64,000 bases of DNA. It comes from Chitinophagales bacterium (lineage in GTDB: Bacteria; Bacteroidota; Bacteroidia; Chitinophagales; Saprospiraceae). The position numbers and the translations under genes were made by a program. The notes beneath the pieces are model-generated. The model saw nothing but the letters and a program-made list of their open reading frames with translations. It was not told the origin of the DNA and did no database searches. Of this stretch, positions 1 through 9,486 are shown piece after piece. Location of the stretch: the NCBI GenBank assembly GCA_043764095.1, contig JAYUKX010000056.1, positions 74,175 through 138,174 on the forward strand. Direction: 5' to 3'. Position 1 is the first letter of the stretch; each line of letters starts with the position of its first letter.

Positions 1-138
1 ACTGTACCAAAAAATCTTTTTATCGGGTTTTACATTGGCCGCGCTCAACTCAGCACCAGCGCGTGTAAACAAAAACCATATTGCGGCCAGGGATAATAAA
101 ATCCATACAATCCCTGAAAATTTTTTTACTGCATTCAT
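1..138 (-). CDS. Small membrane protein, 5' part only (runs off the window start). It resembles the DUF6814-type mini-protein that follows this MFS family in Bacteroidota.
   Basis: ATG at 138 on the minus strand, with the frame open to nt 1. MNAVKKFSGIVWILLSLAAIWFLFTRAG... gives one hydrophobic helix. It lies 48 nt downstream of the MFS stop on the same strand. Confidence 0.35.
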   Translation of the reverse strand, partial: MNAVKKFSGIVWILLSLAAIWFLFTRAGAELSAANVKPDKKIFWYS

Positions 139-186
139 ATTATTATGATCATGTAATAATGTTAAAAAATAATTGTGAAATGTTCC

Positions 187-1749
187 TTAATGCTCATTAT
201 TGTGCAAATTATCGGTACGTGCTGGCAGGAACAATGAGCCAATAACAAGACAGACTGCTGCTATTATCATCGGATAGAACAAACCCGCAAGCGGATCACC
301 TGTTGGATTTTGTGCTGTTATGGTAGTAGAAACGAGGAATGTAGCAATATACGGCACAAGACCACCAAAGATACCATTGCCAATGTGATAGGGCAATGAC
401 ATGGAGGTATAACGGATACGTGTCGGGAATAATTCAACAAGGAATGCTGCAATAGGACCATATACCATTGTTACATACAAAATTTGGAGAAAAACAAGGA
501 ATGCCATCATCCACCAGTTGGACGACGACAACCAAACAGATGTTTTTACTTCAGGCTTTTTTTGCTCTTTTGATTTATCCGCCAAAATCTTTGTTGTTTT
601 TACTTCTTTTGAAGTATTACCGTCAACAAATGCTTTTACTGTCGTCACCACAATGGTAGAGTCGCCTGTTGCAGCATCTACTTTTACGGTTGTACCAACA
701 GCGCCTTTTTCAGCGATTTCAGTCTTTTTCATGCTGGAAAGTTCCAACATTTTTGAATAAATAGGACGGTAAGTGAGGATACCCAGCAACATACCTGCCA
801 TCATTATCCATTTACGACCAATTTTATCCGAAAGTGCCCCGAATACAAGGAAAAATGGTGTACCAAATATGATGGCAATTGCCAAAATCCAGCGAACAGT
901 ATTAAATTCAATTTTGCAAATCGTATCCATAAACGACATCGCATAGAATTGACCTGTGTACCAAATAACACCCTGACCAGCCACAGCACCAAAAAGTGCC
1001 AACAATACCATTTTCAGGTTGGCTCGGTTGGCAAAAGATTCTTTTAATGGATTTGTAGATAGTTTACCACTCTCCTTGATTTTGGAAAACATGGGTGATT
1101 CCGACATTTTTAAACGGATATATATCGAAATAGCGATCATTACTGCAGATATAATAAACGGTACACGCCAGCCCCAGTCGCTAAATACTTCATCGCCCAA
1201 ATATGTTTTGGTTCCGATAATCACCACGATGGAGAGTAAGAGTCCCACCGTTGCAGTAGTTTGAATAAAACCAGTATAAAAACCGCGTTGATTGGCAGGA
1301 GCATGCTCAGCAACATAAGTAGCGGCACCTCCGTATTCACCACCAAGAGCAAGGCCCTGCATCAAGCGGAGCAAAAGAATAAGGAATGGTGCAAACATAC
1401 CGATTTGGGCATATCCCGGAATAAGACCAATACAGAAGGTGGAAAGCCCCATCAATATCAGTGTTACTAAAAAGGTGTATTTACGACCGATAAGGTCACC
1501 TAATCGGCCAAAGAAAAGTGCCCCAAATGGACGCACAATAAATCCTGCCGCGAAAGTACCTAACGCAGCAAGGTAAGAGGCTGTAATATTATCGCTTGGG
1601 AAAAACTGTTTGGCAATGTACGGAGCCAGTGTTCCGTAAATGTAAAAATCATACCATTCGATAAGTGTACCTACCGAAGAGGCTAAAATTACACTCATCA
1701 GTCCCCAGCCTGTCTTTACCGTCGAATCATGTGTTGATGAAGTTGGCAT
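187..1749 (-). CDS. MFS transporter, metabolite:H+ symporter (MHS/ProP-like) family, with a long Lys/Thr/Val-rich insertion in the central loop
   Basis: 520-aa ORF with the MFS signature GRLGDLIGRKYTF and 12 hydrophobic segments. The central loop reads EKGAVGTTVKVDAATGDSTIVVTTVKAF...KEQKKPEVKTS. Confidence 0.85.
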   Translation of the reverse strand: MPTSSTHDSTVKTGWGLMSVILASSVGTLIEWYDFYIYGTLAPYIAKQFFPSDNITASYLAALGTFAAGFIVRPFGALFFGRLGDLIGRKYTFLVTLILMGLSTFCIGLIPGYAQIGMFAPFLILLLRLMQGLALGGEYGGAATYVAEHAPANQRGFYTGFIQTTATVGLLLSIVVIIGTKTYLGDEVFSDWGWRVPFIISAVMIAISIYIRLKMSESPMFSKIKESGKLSTNPLKESFANRANLKMVLLALFGAVAGQGVIWYTGQFYAMSFMDTICKIEFNTVRWILAIAIIFGTPFFLVFGALSDKIGRKWIMMAGMLLGILTYRPIYSKMLELSSMKKTEIAEKGAVGTTVKVDAATGDSTIVVTTVKAFVDGNTSKEVKTTKILADKSKEQKKPEVKTSVWLSSSNWWMMAFLVFLQILYVTMVYGPIAAFLVELFPTRIRYTSMSLPYHIGNGIFGGLVPYIATFLVSTTITAQNPTGDPLAGLFYPMIIAAVCLVIGSLFLPARTDNLHNNEH

Positions 1750-1991
1750 AATCTAAAAGCAAATTTAATTAAGTGAAAAAGTGAAAGCAAATATACTGTA
1801 CTTGAATAAGTACGGAGCAAATGTATATACACATCTACATATTTTGATTATTTTTTTTGAAATTTTTTTCTGAATTTATCATTTATTTCCAATTTTTATT
1901 AATTATTCTGTCTGAATGTAAAATATATGTCGCTTTCAGAATTTTATTTGGCAAAAAAATAATCAAAATCTGGAAGGCGTGTCTTCCAAAT

Positions 1992-2027
1992 AAAAAAGGA
2001 GGCTTGCTTCGGTACAAGTCTCCTTTT
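1992..2027 (-). terminator. Intrinsic terminator after the ArsR-family gene; A-run and T-run on either side make it potentially bidirectional
   Basis: Stem GGAGGCTTG / CAAGTCTCC (one G-U pair) with a CTTCGGT loop. A6 lies before it and T4 after it on the plus strand, which gives a T-run after the hairpin on the minus strand. Confidence 0.55.
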
Positions 2028-2068
2028 GGAAAATAATATTCTGATTTTGAAAACAAGGCTTTCCGACC

Positions 2069-2365
2069 TTAAATTGCGGACATCAACATCTCGATAAGTT
2101 GGTAATAAATATTGTTGGTCAACATATAGTTACTGTTTTTACCATCACGGCGTACAGTAACAATACCCTTGTCCTTTAATATACGCAACTGATGGCTCGT
2201 GACCGCCTGCTCTACCTGCAAAGCTTCGTAAATTTCGGTTACGTTCATCGCCTGATTGCGGTGCAGCATTTGAACAATCAAAATCCGGTGTGGATGAGCC
2301 AAAGCCCGAAGCGTTTCGGTGGCAGTTTCGAGCATCTGGAAAGAATAGGCGTTTTCAGCAGACAT
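2069..2365 (-). CDS. ArsR/SmtB-family metalloregulatory transcriptional repressor
   Basis: 98 aa. The winged-HTH region reads LRALAHPHRILIVQML...NVTEIYEALQVEQAVTSHQLRILKDKGIVTVRRDGKNSNY. Confidence 0.85.
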   Translation of the reverse strand: MSAENAYSFQMLETATETLRALAHPHRILIVQMLHRNQAMNVTEIYEALQVEQAVTSHQLRILKDKGIVTVRRDGKNSNYMLTNNIYYQLIEMLMSAI

Positions 2366-2404
2366 ATACAGACTTAAATATGATGTTTGATAAAATAATC
2401 ACCA

Positions 2405-2430
2405 CAAATGTACATATATATATCCATTTG
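2405..2430. promoter_or_regulatory. Candidate ArsR operator: 26-bp AT-rich palindrome upstream of the ArsR-family gene
   Basis: CAAATGTACATATATATATCCATTTG has outer arms CAAATG / CATTTG around an alternating TA core. It lies 40-65 nt upstream of the start at 2365. Confidence 0.3.
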
Positions 2431-2588
2431 AGAAAAGAAATGACGCTATTGCTTTATCCTCAGCAATACTTTTTTTCTTTACTTCGATATAATTTCAAGA
2501 TAAACCACTGGTAATCAAATATATAGCAATCTTATTATGGCACTACAATTACTTGCTCATCAGTCGTCAGCCAGTCTTTACTGCTGCA

Positions 2589-2807
2589 TCAGGTGTTGGT
2601 GAAGTTGGCATCAGCTAAAACCAAATCACCCGCCTCAAAAGGCGCAACTTGCCGCCCAACAAAGCGTTTTCCCGCGCTTTGCTCTATAAACGTCAATTCC
2701 AATTCCGGATGAAAATGATATGGCGCATCAAATTGCGGTAAACTAAAAGAGCGATGCAAAAAAGAATAGCCTGTTTTGTCGTTTAATTGTTCGTAAGTAG
2801 CTTTCAT
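2589..2807 (-). pseudogene. Truncated AraC-family regulator: only the N-terminal cupin part remains, with no HTH domain
   Basis: 72 aa. FDAPYHFHPELELTFIEQSAGKRFVGRQVAPFEAGDLVL is a typical AraC cupin sensor. The frame then ends (..ADANFTNT*), and no helix-turn-helix coding sequence follows in 2366-2588. Confidence 0.6.
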
Positions 2808-2962
2808 TTTTATCTATTTTTACCTAAATTTCCTAGTATTCAATAACTTTGGATAAAATTACACCATTTTTGATAAATAAAAGTAAAGATTAGTGTTTTA
2901 GAAACTTGTTATTTTGCACCATTAAATACAACCACGTTCTTTACATACTTCGACTCCGTAGG

Positions 2963-3010
2963 TTTTGTGCATAAAAATCGTATTACGTCCCTATAAATCT
3001 ATGCACAAAA
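2963..3010. promoter_or_regulatory. 11-bp perfect inverted repeat upstream of the PhyH-family gene; either a regulator site or a 5'-UTR hairpin
   Basis: TTTTGTGCATA (2963-2973) and TATGCACAAAA (3000-3010) are separated by 26 nt. The element ends 37 nt before the ATG at 3048. Confidence 0.25.
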
Positions 3011-3047
3011 TCTAACGACGCTCAGTATAAAATTTAAAATAATAAAA

Positions 3048-3857
3048 ATGAAAGATTTGCTCAACCAGCCTTACGAACTACCGCAACACGCCGTTGATTT
3101 TTATCAAAAGTACCGTTATATCAAACTGAAAAATGTGTTCGATGCGGATACTTTGGCCTATTATGGCGGTAAAATTAGCCAAAAAGTAGCAGAATTGAAT
3201 AAAAATGATACCCCTTTAGACCAACGCGACACGTATGGTAAGGCTTTTTTGCAAATTTTCAACCTTTGGCTGCAAGATGATACGATAAAAGAGTTTGTCT
3301 TTAGCAAAAGACTCGCTAAAATTGCTACCGATCTGCTCCAAACCGATGGTGTACGCATTTACCACGACCAAGCCCTTTTCAAAGAAGGCGGCGGTGGCAT
3401 TACGCCTTGGCACGCTGACCAATATTACTGGCCACTCAGCACCGATAAGACGGTTACCGCTTGGATTCCACTGCAAGAAGTACCCTTGGAAAAGGGGCCG
3501 CTCGAATTTAGTGCAGGCAGCCATGTGATCGTTGCGGGTCGAGAATTGGCCATCGGCGATGATAGCGAAGTGACGATTCAACAAAAATTGCGGGTGACAG
3601 ATTTCAAACACGTGATCGAACCGTTTGATTTGGGGGAAGTAAGTTTTCATTCAGGATGGGTTTTTCATCGTGCAGGTGCGAACCAAACCGATGAAATGCG
3701 TAAAGTAATGACCGTTATTTTTATGGATAAAGATATGATTTTGAAACAACCAGAAAACGAGAATCAAGCGCATGATTGGAATACTTGGTGCCCAAGAGCG
3801 AAGGTTGGGGAAGTGATCAATTCGCCGATTAACCCCGTTTTGTACCAACATCCATAA
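3048..3857 (+). CDS. Phytanoyl-CoA dioxygenase (PhyH) family Fe(II)/2-oxoglutarate oxygenase
   Basis: 269 aa, with GGGITPWHADQYYWPL and ...SFHSGWVFHRAGAN, which fit the His-x-Asp...His facial-triad context of PhyH. Confidence 0.8.
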   Translation: MKDLLNQPYELPQHAVDFYQKYRYIKLKNVFDADTLAYYGGKISQKVAELNKNDTPLDQRDTYGKAFLQIFNLWLQDDTIKEFVFSKRLAKIATDLLQTDGVRIYHDQALFKEGGGGITPWHADQYYWPLSTDKTVTAWIPLQEVPLEKGPLEFSAGSHVIVAGRELAIGDDSEVTIQQKLRVTDFKHVIEPFDLGEVSFHSGWVFHRAGANQTDEMRKVMTVIFMDKDMILKQPENENQAHDWNTWCPRAKVGEVINSPINPVLYQHP

Positions 3858-3861
3858 CAAC

Positions 3862-4710
3862 ATGATTCAATGTAAAGCCTCCGTTTTTGACGATATTGAA
3901 AACATTTTTTACAACGCATCACAAGGCAGCCGCAATCCCGAACATTCGAGTATCGCTTATTTGAAAACCGATAATTCTTTTGAAATGTTAGGCACTAAAA
4001 ATGGCGAAGTAGAAGCCAATCGCAATCAAACGCGCTATAAATACTCGCCTGCACACCAAGACGTGGCAGTTTGTTGCAATCCAAATGCAGGAAAAATTAC
4101 ACCTTATTTTGTGCAATCTGCTTGGATGAAAGAGGGCGAAAATACTTTTGTAGCCACGCTTTTATGTCCCAATATTTTGGAAACAACCGTAAAAAACACA
4201 CCCCTCCGCATAGAAATGGCTACGACATATCCTTACGAAAACCGTGTTGTTTTTAACATAAAAACAGGTCAACCTACGGCATTTGTTATAAAAATAAGAA
4301 AACCAAATTGGGTTACAAAAATTAAAACAAAAGAAAAGTATCGCATTGAAGATCAATATATTGTAATTGAAAGAACGTTTTCAAGAGCCGATAAAATAGA
4401 CATCAACTTTGTGGCCAATGTTGAAGTAAAAGAAGATTTGAACAAGGAAAAATATTTCACTTATGGCGCATTGATGTATGCAAAACCAATGGCCGCCACC
4501 GAGCAAAAAGGAAAAGCATACGCCGTAGGTTTCAACGATTGGATGTATGCTTCTACAGATACCACACTATATAATTTTATTGCAGCGCACAAAGCCCGTT
4601 ATAAAAAAGGAAAAATATATGTCCGCTTGCAAAACCAAAGTAATCAGCAAATGGAAAAGTTGGAATTGATACCTTTTGGAAAAATGATTTTAAGGCAAGT
4701 TAGTTTTTAA
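3862..4710 (+). CDS. DUF1680/GH127-like protein, C-terminal portion only (probable gene remnant or stand-alone fragment)
   Basis: 282 aa. AVCCNPNAGK resembles the Cys-Cys zinc/nucleophile motif of GH127 beta-L-arabinofuranosidases. My recollection is that this family is normally 600-800 aa. The ATG lies 4 nt after the PhyH stop. Confidence 0.4.
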   Translation: MIQCKASVFDDIENIFYNASQGSRNPEHSSIAYLKTDNSFEMLGTKNGEVEANRNQTRYKYSPAHQDVAVCCNPNAGKITPYFVQSAWMKEGENTFVATLLCPNILETTVKNTPLRIEMATTYPYENRVVFNIKTGQPTAFVIKIRKPNWVTKIKTKEKYRIEDQYIVIERTFSRADKIDINFVANVEVKEDLNKEKYFTYGALMYAKPMAATEQKGKAYAVGFNDWMYASTDTTLYNFIAAHKARYKKGKIYVRLQNQSNQQMEKLELIPFGKMILRQVSF

Positions 4711-4722
4711 CATGAGCGATAA

Positions 4723-5031
4723 ATCCAATTTTTTTTTAGCAAAGTACCAGATAGCCCTATCATTAGTGCACCTGTTTTTTGTATAGTAGAAGCCAAAAAT
4801 GACAACCTTGAAAAAGGCGTTGCACAATGTATCGCTGAAATGTACGCGGCAAGATTGTTCAATAACAACCAAAAAAAACCTATTGACGTCATATATGGTA
4901 GTGTAACGACTGGTTATCAGTGGCAATTCTTAAAATTGGAAGGACAAACAGTTTTGCAGGACATCTCTATTTTTTCCATTAATGAACTACCAAAAATCTT
5001 AGGGATACTTCAATTTATAGTGGAACAATAG
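4723..5031 (+). pseudogene. Remnant of a PD-(D/E)XK (restriction-endonuclease-like) fold protein with no start codon for its N-terminal part
   Basis: The frame is open from the stop at 4720-4722 and reads ..PIISAPVFCIVEAKNDNLEKGVAQCIAEMYAARLF..., which contains an E-x-K nuclease motif. The only ATG (4840) lies after that motif. Confidence 0.35.
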
Positions 5032-5172
5032 ACTTTCTTTAATTTAGGCTGTTTCGCCCTAGAAAACTTATCATTTCTTTTTTACCTTAGCTTATGCTTT
5101 AAAAAGCACCCAAATTATCCGCTAACAATACGATCAAACAAACTAAGCAATGCTAAATTCAAAACAATTACA

Positions 5173-5640
5173 ATGACTAGAAACTCATTTCTTGCCAATA
5201 GACTACGAGAGGTACTCCTCCATGGTAAATGGATCGCTAACACCAATTTTAAGGAACAAATACAGAGTATCACTTGGGAACAGGCCAATCAAAAAGTGGG
5301 CAACCTAAATACAATTGCTTTATTGACTTTTCATATCAACTATTACCTGCAAGGGTTGTTGAATGTTTTTAATGGCGGTGCGCTCGAAATCAGGGACAAA
5401 TACAGTTTTGATATGCCCGAAATCAATGCTGAAAAAGACTGGAATGTATTAGTAACCAGTTTTTTAACTAATGCCGAACTATTTGCAGCCTACGTGGAAC
5501 AGATGGAAGATAGTGCATTTGATCAGCCGTTTGTGGACGAAAAATATGGCACTTATTTAAGAAATATTGAAGGCGTAATCGAACATAGTTATTACCATCT
5601 AGGACAAGTTTCCTTATTAAAAAAGATGGTTACGCAGTAG
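5173..5640 (+). CDS. DinB-family (four-helix-bundle, metal-binding) protein
   Basis: 155 aa. It has LLTFHINYYLQGL near the N-terminus and IEHSYYHLGQVSLLKK at the C-terminus, matching the DinB His motifs. Confidence 0.75.
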   Translation: MTRNSFLANRLREVLLHGKWIANTNFKEQIQSITWEQANQKVGNLNTIALLTFHINYYLQGLLNVFNGGALEIRDKYSFDMPEINAEKDWNVLVTSFLTNAELFAAYVEQMEDSAFDQPFVDEKYGTYLRNIEGVIEHSYYHLGQVSLLKKMVTQ

Positions 5641-5718
5641 AGGTTCTATTTCCATCGGCCCCAAGTATGGGTTATCTTCGTTGTAGAACCTCCATTCTCG
5701 TTCGTCAATAACTATTTT

Positions 5719-7878
5719 TTATTCATAAAAATTCACTTTACCCGTTTCTACATCATAAAGCCCGCCTACTATTTTAATTTTTCCCACCTTTTCAAGTTCA
5801 CAAATCAGCGTACTCTCTTGCCTTATTCTTTCTATGGTACAAAATACGTTTTGTTCGGCCACTTTATCTACAAATACGCTATTTGAGCCATTTCTGTACT
5901 CAATCACTGTTTTTTCGTTTTCAATAGCAGGTTTTACTTTTTCTAAAAGTGAGGTCAAGTTACCAAGTTTTACATGATTACATGCGCCAATGATCGCGCC
6001 GCATTTGGTGTGTCCTAGTACAACGATTAGTTTTACCCCAATTTCGTGTACCCCAAATTCCATACTACCCAATATATCTTGGTTCAAAATATTCCCCGCA
6101 ATTCGAACACTAAAAATATCACCAAGCCCCAAGTCGAAAATATGCTCGGTAGTCGTTCTGCTATCAATACAACTCAAAACAATCGCAAAAGGATTCTGCC
6201 CAAACGACGTTGCGTTCAACTGGTGTTTTAAGTATTTTTCAGACGAATTTCCACTTACAAAACGTTCGTTTCCAACTTTCAAAATATTCAAAATGACTTC
6301 GGCAGTTAGTTTTTGTTGGCCCGCTTTATCCAACACATTCACAAACTGTATATGGTCGTCTAATTTGTAGATTTCCTTGAGTCCAAGAATATTTAATTTA
6401 ATATTTTTTTCTTTTGAAACAGTCGTTTTGAAATCATTTATTATTTCTAATACGTCATTATCAATAAAGTCGGAATAAGTGGCATCAATAATTACTTTTG
6501 AGTTTTGGGGTACGCTCCATAAAGTATCTTTGATCGATGCCTTATTCAAAAAAGATACTTGGTTGGGCAACTCCAATCGCATCGTTTCATCTTCGTGCAT
6601 TGTTTCTTTTTGTAGCACAAATGGATTTAAGAAATTGCTTTTTAAAATATAAAAAATACTAATCGCCAAGCCAATTAAAACACCAAGCAGCAAATCGGTA
6701 AATACAATAGCCAAAATAGTGGCAATAAATGGAATAAATTGATCTTGCCCTTTGCTGTACATCTCTTTAAACAGCGAAACTTTTGCCAATTTGTAACCCG
6801 TGAATATCAAAATACACGCCAATGAAGCCAAAGGAATCAAATTTATGATAGGGCTTAGCACAACAATACTGCACAATAAAAATACACCGTGTAGAATAGC
6901 AGACAACTTGGATTCGGCACCAGCATTAATATTTACTGAACTCCTAACAATGACAGAAGTGATTGGGATACCACCCACCATACCTGAAAACATATTGCCA
7001 ATTCCTTGTGCTATTAGTTCTCTATTGGGAGATGCTTGCCTTTTACGAGGGTCAATATTCTCCACAGCCTCCAAATTGAGTAAGGTTTCCAAAGAAGCAA
7101 TGATCGCAATCGTAAACGCTACAAACCAAACCTGCACATTACCTATACTACCAAAGTTGGGTAATGTAACCATAGAACTTATACCCTCAAATTTTGGAAT
7201 ATTCACTAAATGCTCCGTTGCAATGGCTATACCGGGAAACATATTTTGAAATAAGGCATTGAGTACTACCCCAAGGATAACGACAAATAAAGAGGCAGGA
7301 AATATCTTTACTTTTTTCATCGGTGTTTTATCCCAGTATATTAATACCAAAAGAGAAATGACTGAGATGATAATTGCGCCCCAAGAGAAAAAATTAAAGA
7401 TATTCAATAACTCCGAAAACGTATTTTCGCCATCTTTTTGAAAAAAGGTAAAGTCATCTTCTGTATCTCGGTCAAAACCAACAGCATGAGGGATTTGTTT
7501 AAGTATCAGGATAATACCGATCGCCGCCAATAATCCTTTAATTACATTGGATGGGATATAGTTGGCGATAAACCCAGATTTTGCGATACCGGCAATCAAT
7601 TGGATGGCTCCAGCAATCACTACGGCTAATAAAAACGTATCAAAACTACCTAATTGAGTAATTGATGATAGCACTACCGCTGCTAATCCCGCGGCAGGGC
7701 CACTGACGCTTGCATGCGATTGGCTCATAGCCCCAACGACTAATCCACCAATTATTCCAGCAATTATTCCTGATAATAAAGGTGCGCCACTCGCTAATGC
7801 AACACCCAAACATAAAGGAAGGGCTACTAAAAACACAACTATACTAGCCGGTAAATCATTCTTAACTGTTGAAAACAT
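5719..7878 (-). CDS. SulP-family anion (bicarbonate/sulfate) transporter fused to STAS and a C-terminal beta-carbonic anhydrase
   Basis: 719 aa. The N-terminal part is a SulP membrane domain, followed by a STAS-like segment. The C-terminus carries SCIDSRTTTEHIFDLGLGDIFSVRIAGN and VVLGHTKCGAI, the beta-CA Cys/Asp-Arg/His-x-x-Cys zinc site. Confidence 0.9.
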   Translation of the reverse strand: MFSTVKNDLPASIVVFLVALPLCLGVALASGAPLLSGIIAGIIGGLVVGAMSQSHASVSGPAAGLAAVVLSSITQLGSFDTFLLAVVIAGAIQLIAGIAKSGFIANYIPSNVIKGLLAAIGIILILKQIPHAVGFDRDTEDDFTFFQKDGENTFSELLNIFNFFSWGAIIISVISLLVLIYWDKTPMKKVKIFPASLFVVILGVVLNALFQNMFPGIAIATEHLVNIPKFEGISSMVTLPNFGSIGNVQVWFVAFTIAIIASLETLLNLEAVENIDPRKRQASPNRELIAQGIGNMFSGMVGGIPITSVIVRSSVNINAGAESKLSAILHGVFLLCSIVVLSPIINLIPLASLACILIFTGYKLAKVSLFKEMYSKGQDQFIPFIATILAIVFTDLLLGVLIGLAISIFYILKSNFLNPFVLQKETMHEDETMRLELPNQVSFLNKASIKDTLWSVPQNSKVIIDATYSDFIDNDVLEIINDFKTTVSKEKNIKLNILGLKEIYKLDDHIQFVNVLDKAGQQKLTAEVILNILKVGNERFVSGNSSEKYLKHQLNATSFGQNPFAIVLSCIDSRTTTEHIFDLGLGDIFSVRIAGNILNQDILGSMEFGVHEIGVKLIVVLGHTKCGAIIGACNHVKLGNLTSLLEKVKPAIENEKTVIEYRNGSNSVFVDKVAEQNVFCTIERIRQESTLICELEKVGKIKIVGGLYDVETGKVNFYE

Positions 7879-8062
7879 GTTTGATTTTTTTAAATTATGT
7901 CAACGCTTTTGGTCTATTGACACAACAGCATTAAAAGGATGTCATTCTTTGTATTATTTATAACAATTGCTCAAAAACTCGGTGCAATATCTGAAAGGTA
8001 TCTGAATTAGACAAATAAAGCCATATAAAGTTTATCAAGTCTTACTGCAATGGCTCAGAAAC

Positions 8063-9439
8063 TCACCTCACCTCCATCCGAATGCGCCGCTCCGGGGGCA
8101 AATAATTGTTCATACGGTTGGGCAATACCTTTATCCAACCCAATGCTAAGCCGCTATAAGTCACCATTGCCCAACCTTTAGGTGTATCGGACGCTACATC
8201 AAAAGTTTCTTTTTTTAGGAAGGTGAGCGCTTGTTCTCTGTCCAATTCCACCCGATTTATCGTGGCTGCCACCATATTGCTCAAGGCCAAACTGTGGGCA
8301 GGAATCAAATCATCGCCTTTGAGTGCACCGATAAAACAACCAAACCATTTGCTTTTAATATGTTTGTCAAAAAGCAACAATTCCTCCTCGCGTGCCGTAG
8401 GTAGTGCCAATACATCGCCCGAATGGGTTTGGTAAAAACTAAGACTATCGGCATCTTTTAACCAAGGCGTAATAACGGGTTTAAATCTTTTGGGCAGCGC
8501 CGTGATATGTATAAATCGCTCGCCATGGCTTAGTTTCAATGGCCTTTGCTCCGTGTCTATTTTTTCAAAAGCGGCAATATAAAAACCCTCACCTTTGGTA
8601 TGGTGCGGCATAAACCGGTACCCGATATCGCAGGTTAAAATGCCTTGATTTTCAATGTTTTGCAATTGAATAGCGCGGTAGTTTTCTGTTGGAAAATGCT
8701 GCTTCATCTGGTCTTCATTTTCCGAGCGATTAAAGGTACAAGTGCTATAAATCAGGAGTCCACCGGGAGCAAGTGCTTTTTTGGCAATGGCCAGTATTTG
8801 GCTTTGCCGCGTGGTACAAAGTTGTACATTATCCAGCGACCATTCTTTTACGGCAATTGGGTCTTTGCGGAACATTCCTTCGCCGCTACAAGGGGCATCG
8901 ATCAAAATAATATCGAACCATTCGGGCAGATTTTCAAAAGCGGCTACATCGGTACTGGTAACTGCGGCTTTGGAAATACCCCATTTCTCCAAATTTTCGC
9001 GCAGCACAGCCGCACGCGCTGGAATAATCTCATTCGCCGTCAAAATGCCTTGTACCGCATCATTCAACAGCGTCGTTTTACCGCCGGGTGCAGCACACAA
9101 ATCCAAGACTTTGAGGGGTTTATTGAGCCTGTTGGCTTGTTTCAATACCTCATAGACAAACATAGAGGAGGCTTCCTGTACATAATACGCACCTGCATGG
9201 AACAAGGGATCCAAGGTAAATACGGGGCGTTCTTTGAGGTAATACCCGTCTGGATGCCAGTTAATTGCGCCATCTGAAGGGGGTAAAAGGGATGGATCTG
9301 ATGGTGTTTTGGCCGGATTAAGCCGGATACTTACTGGCGTTGGGGTTTGTAATGCTGCTTCCAACAATTCCCATTCGGTATCGCCGAACTGACCACGTAT
9401 TTGCCTTTCAAAAGGCTTTGGGAAAAAATCTTGTATCAT
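8063..9439 (-). CDS. RsmB/RsmF-like rRNA cytosine-C5 methyltransferase (NOL1/NOP2/Sun family)
   Basis: 458 aa with DLCAAPGGKTT (SAM-binding motif), IDAPCSGEGMFRKD and IYSTCTFN (the two catalytic Cys motifs). Confidence 0.85.
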   Translation of the reverse strand: MIQDFFPKPFERQIRGQFGDTEWELLEAALQTPTPVSIRLNPAKTPSDPSLLPPSDGAINWHPDGYYLKERPVFTLDPLFHAGAYYVQEASSMFVYEVLKQANRLNKPLKVLDLCAAPGGKTTLLNDAVQGILTANEIIPARAAVLRENLEKWGISKAAVTSTDVAAFENLPEWFDIILIDAPCSGEGMFRKDPIAVKEWSLDNVQLCTTRQSQILAIAKKALAPGGLLIYSTCTFNRSENEDQMKQHFPTENYRAIQLQNIENQGILTCDIGYRFMPHHTKGEGFYIAAFEKIDTEQRPLKLSHGERFIHITALPKRFKPVITPWLKDADSLSFYQTHSGDVLALPTAREEELLLFDKHIKSKWFGCFIGALKGDDLIPAHSLALSNMVAATINRVELDREQALTFLKKETFDVASDTPKGWAMVTYSGLALGWIKVLPNRMNNYLPPERRIRMEVR

Positions 9440-9486
9440 GTTGTAGCATCTAGTGATTTTAAAAGGTGCATTCTTAATACTTGGGA

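Noticed and set aside
5640-5692. A 9-bp inverted repeat, GAGGTTCTA...TAGAACCTC, between the convergent DinB and SulP genes, considered as a terminator.
   Set aside because: The loop is 35 nt and there is no U-tract on either strand, so the evidence is too weak to call.
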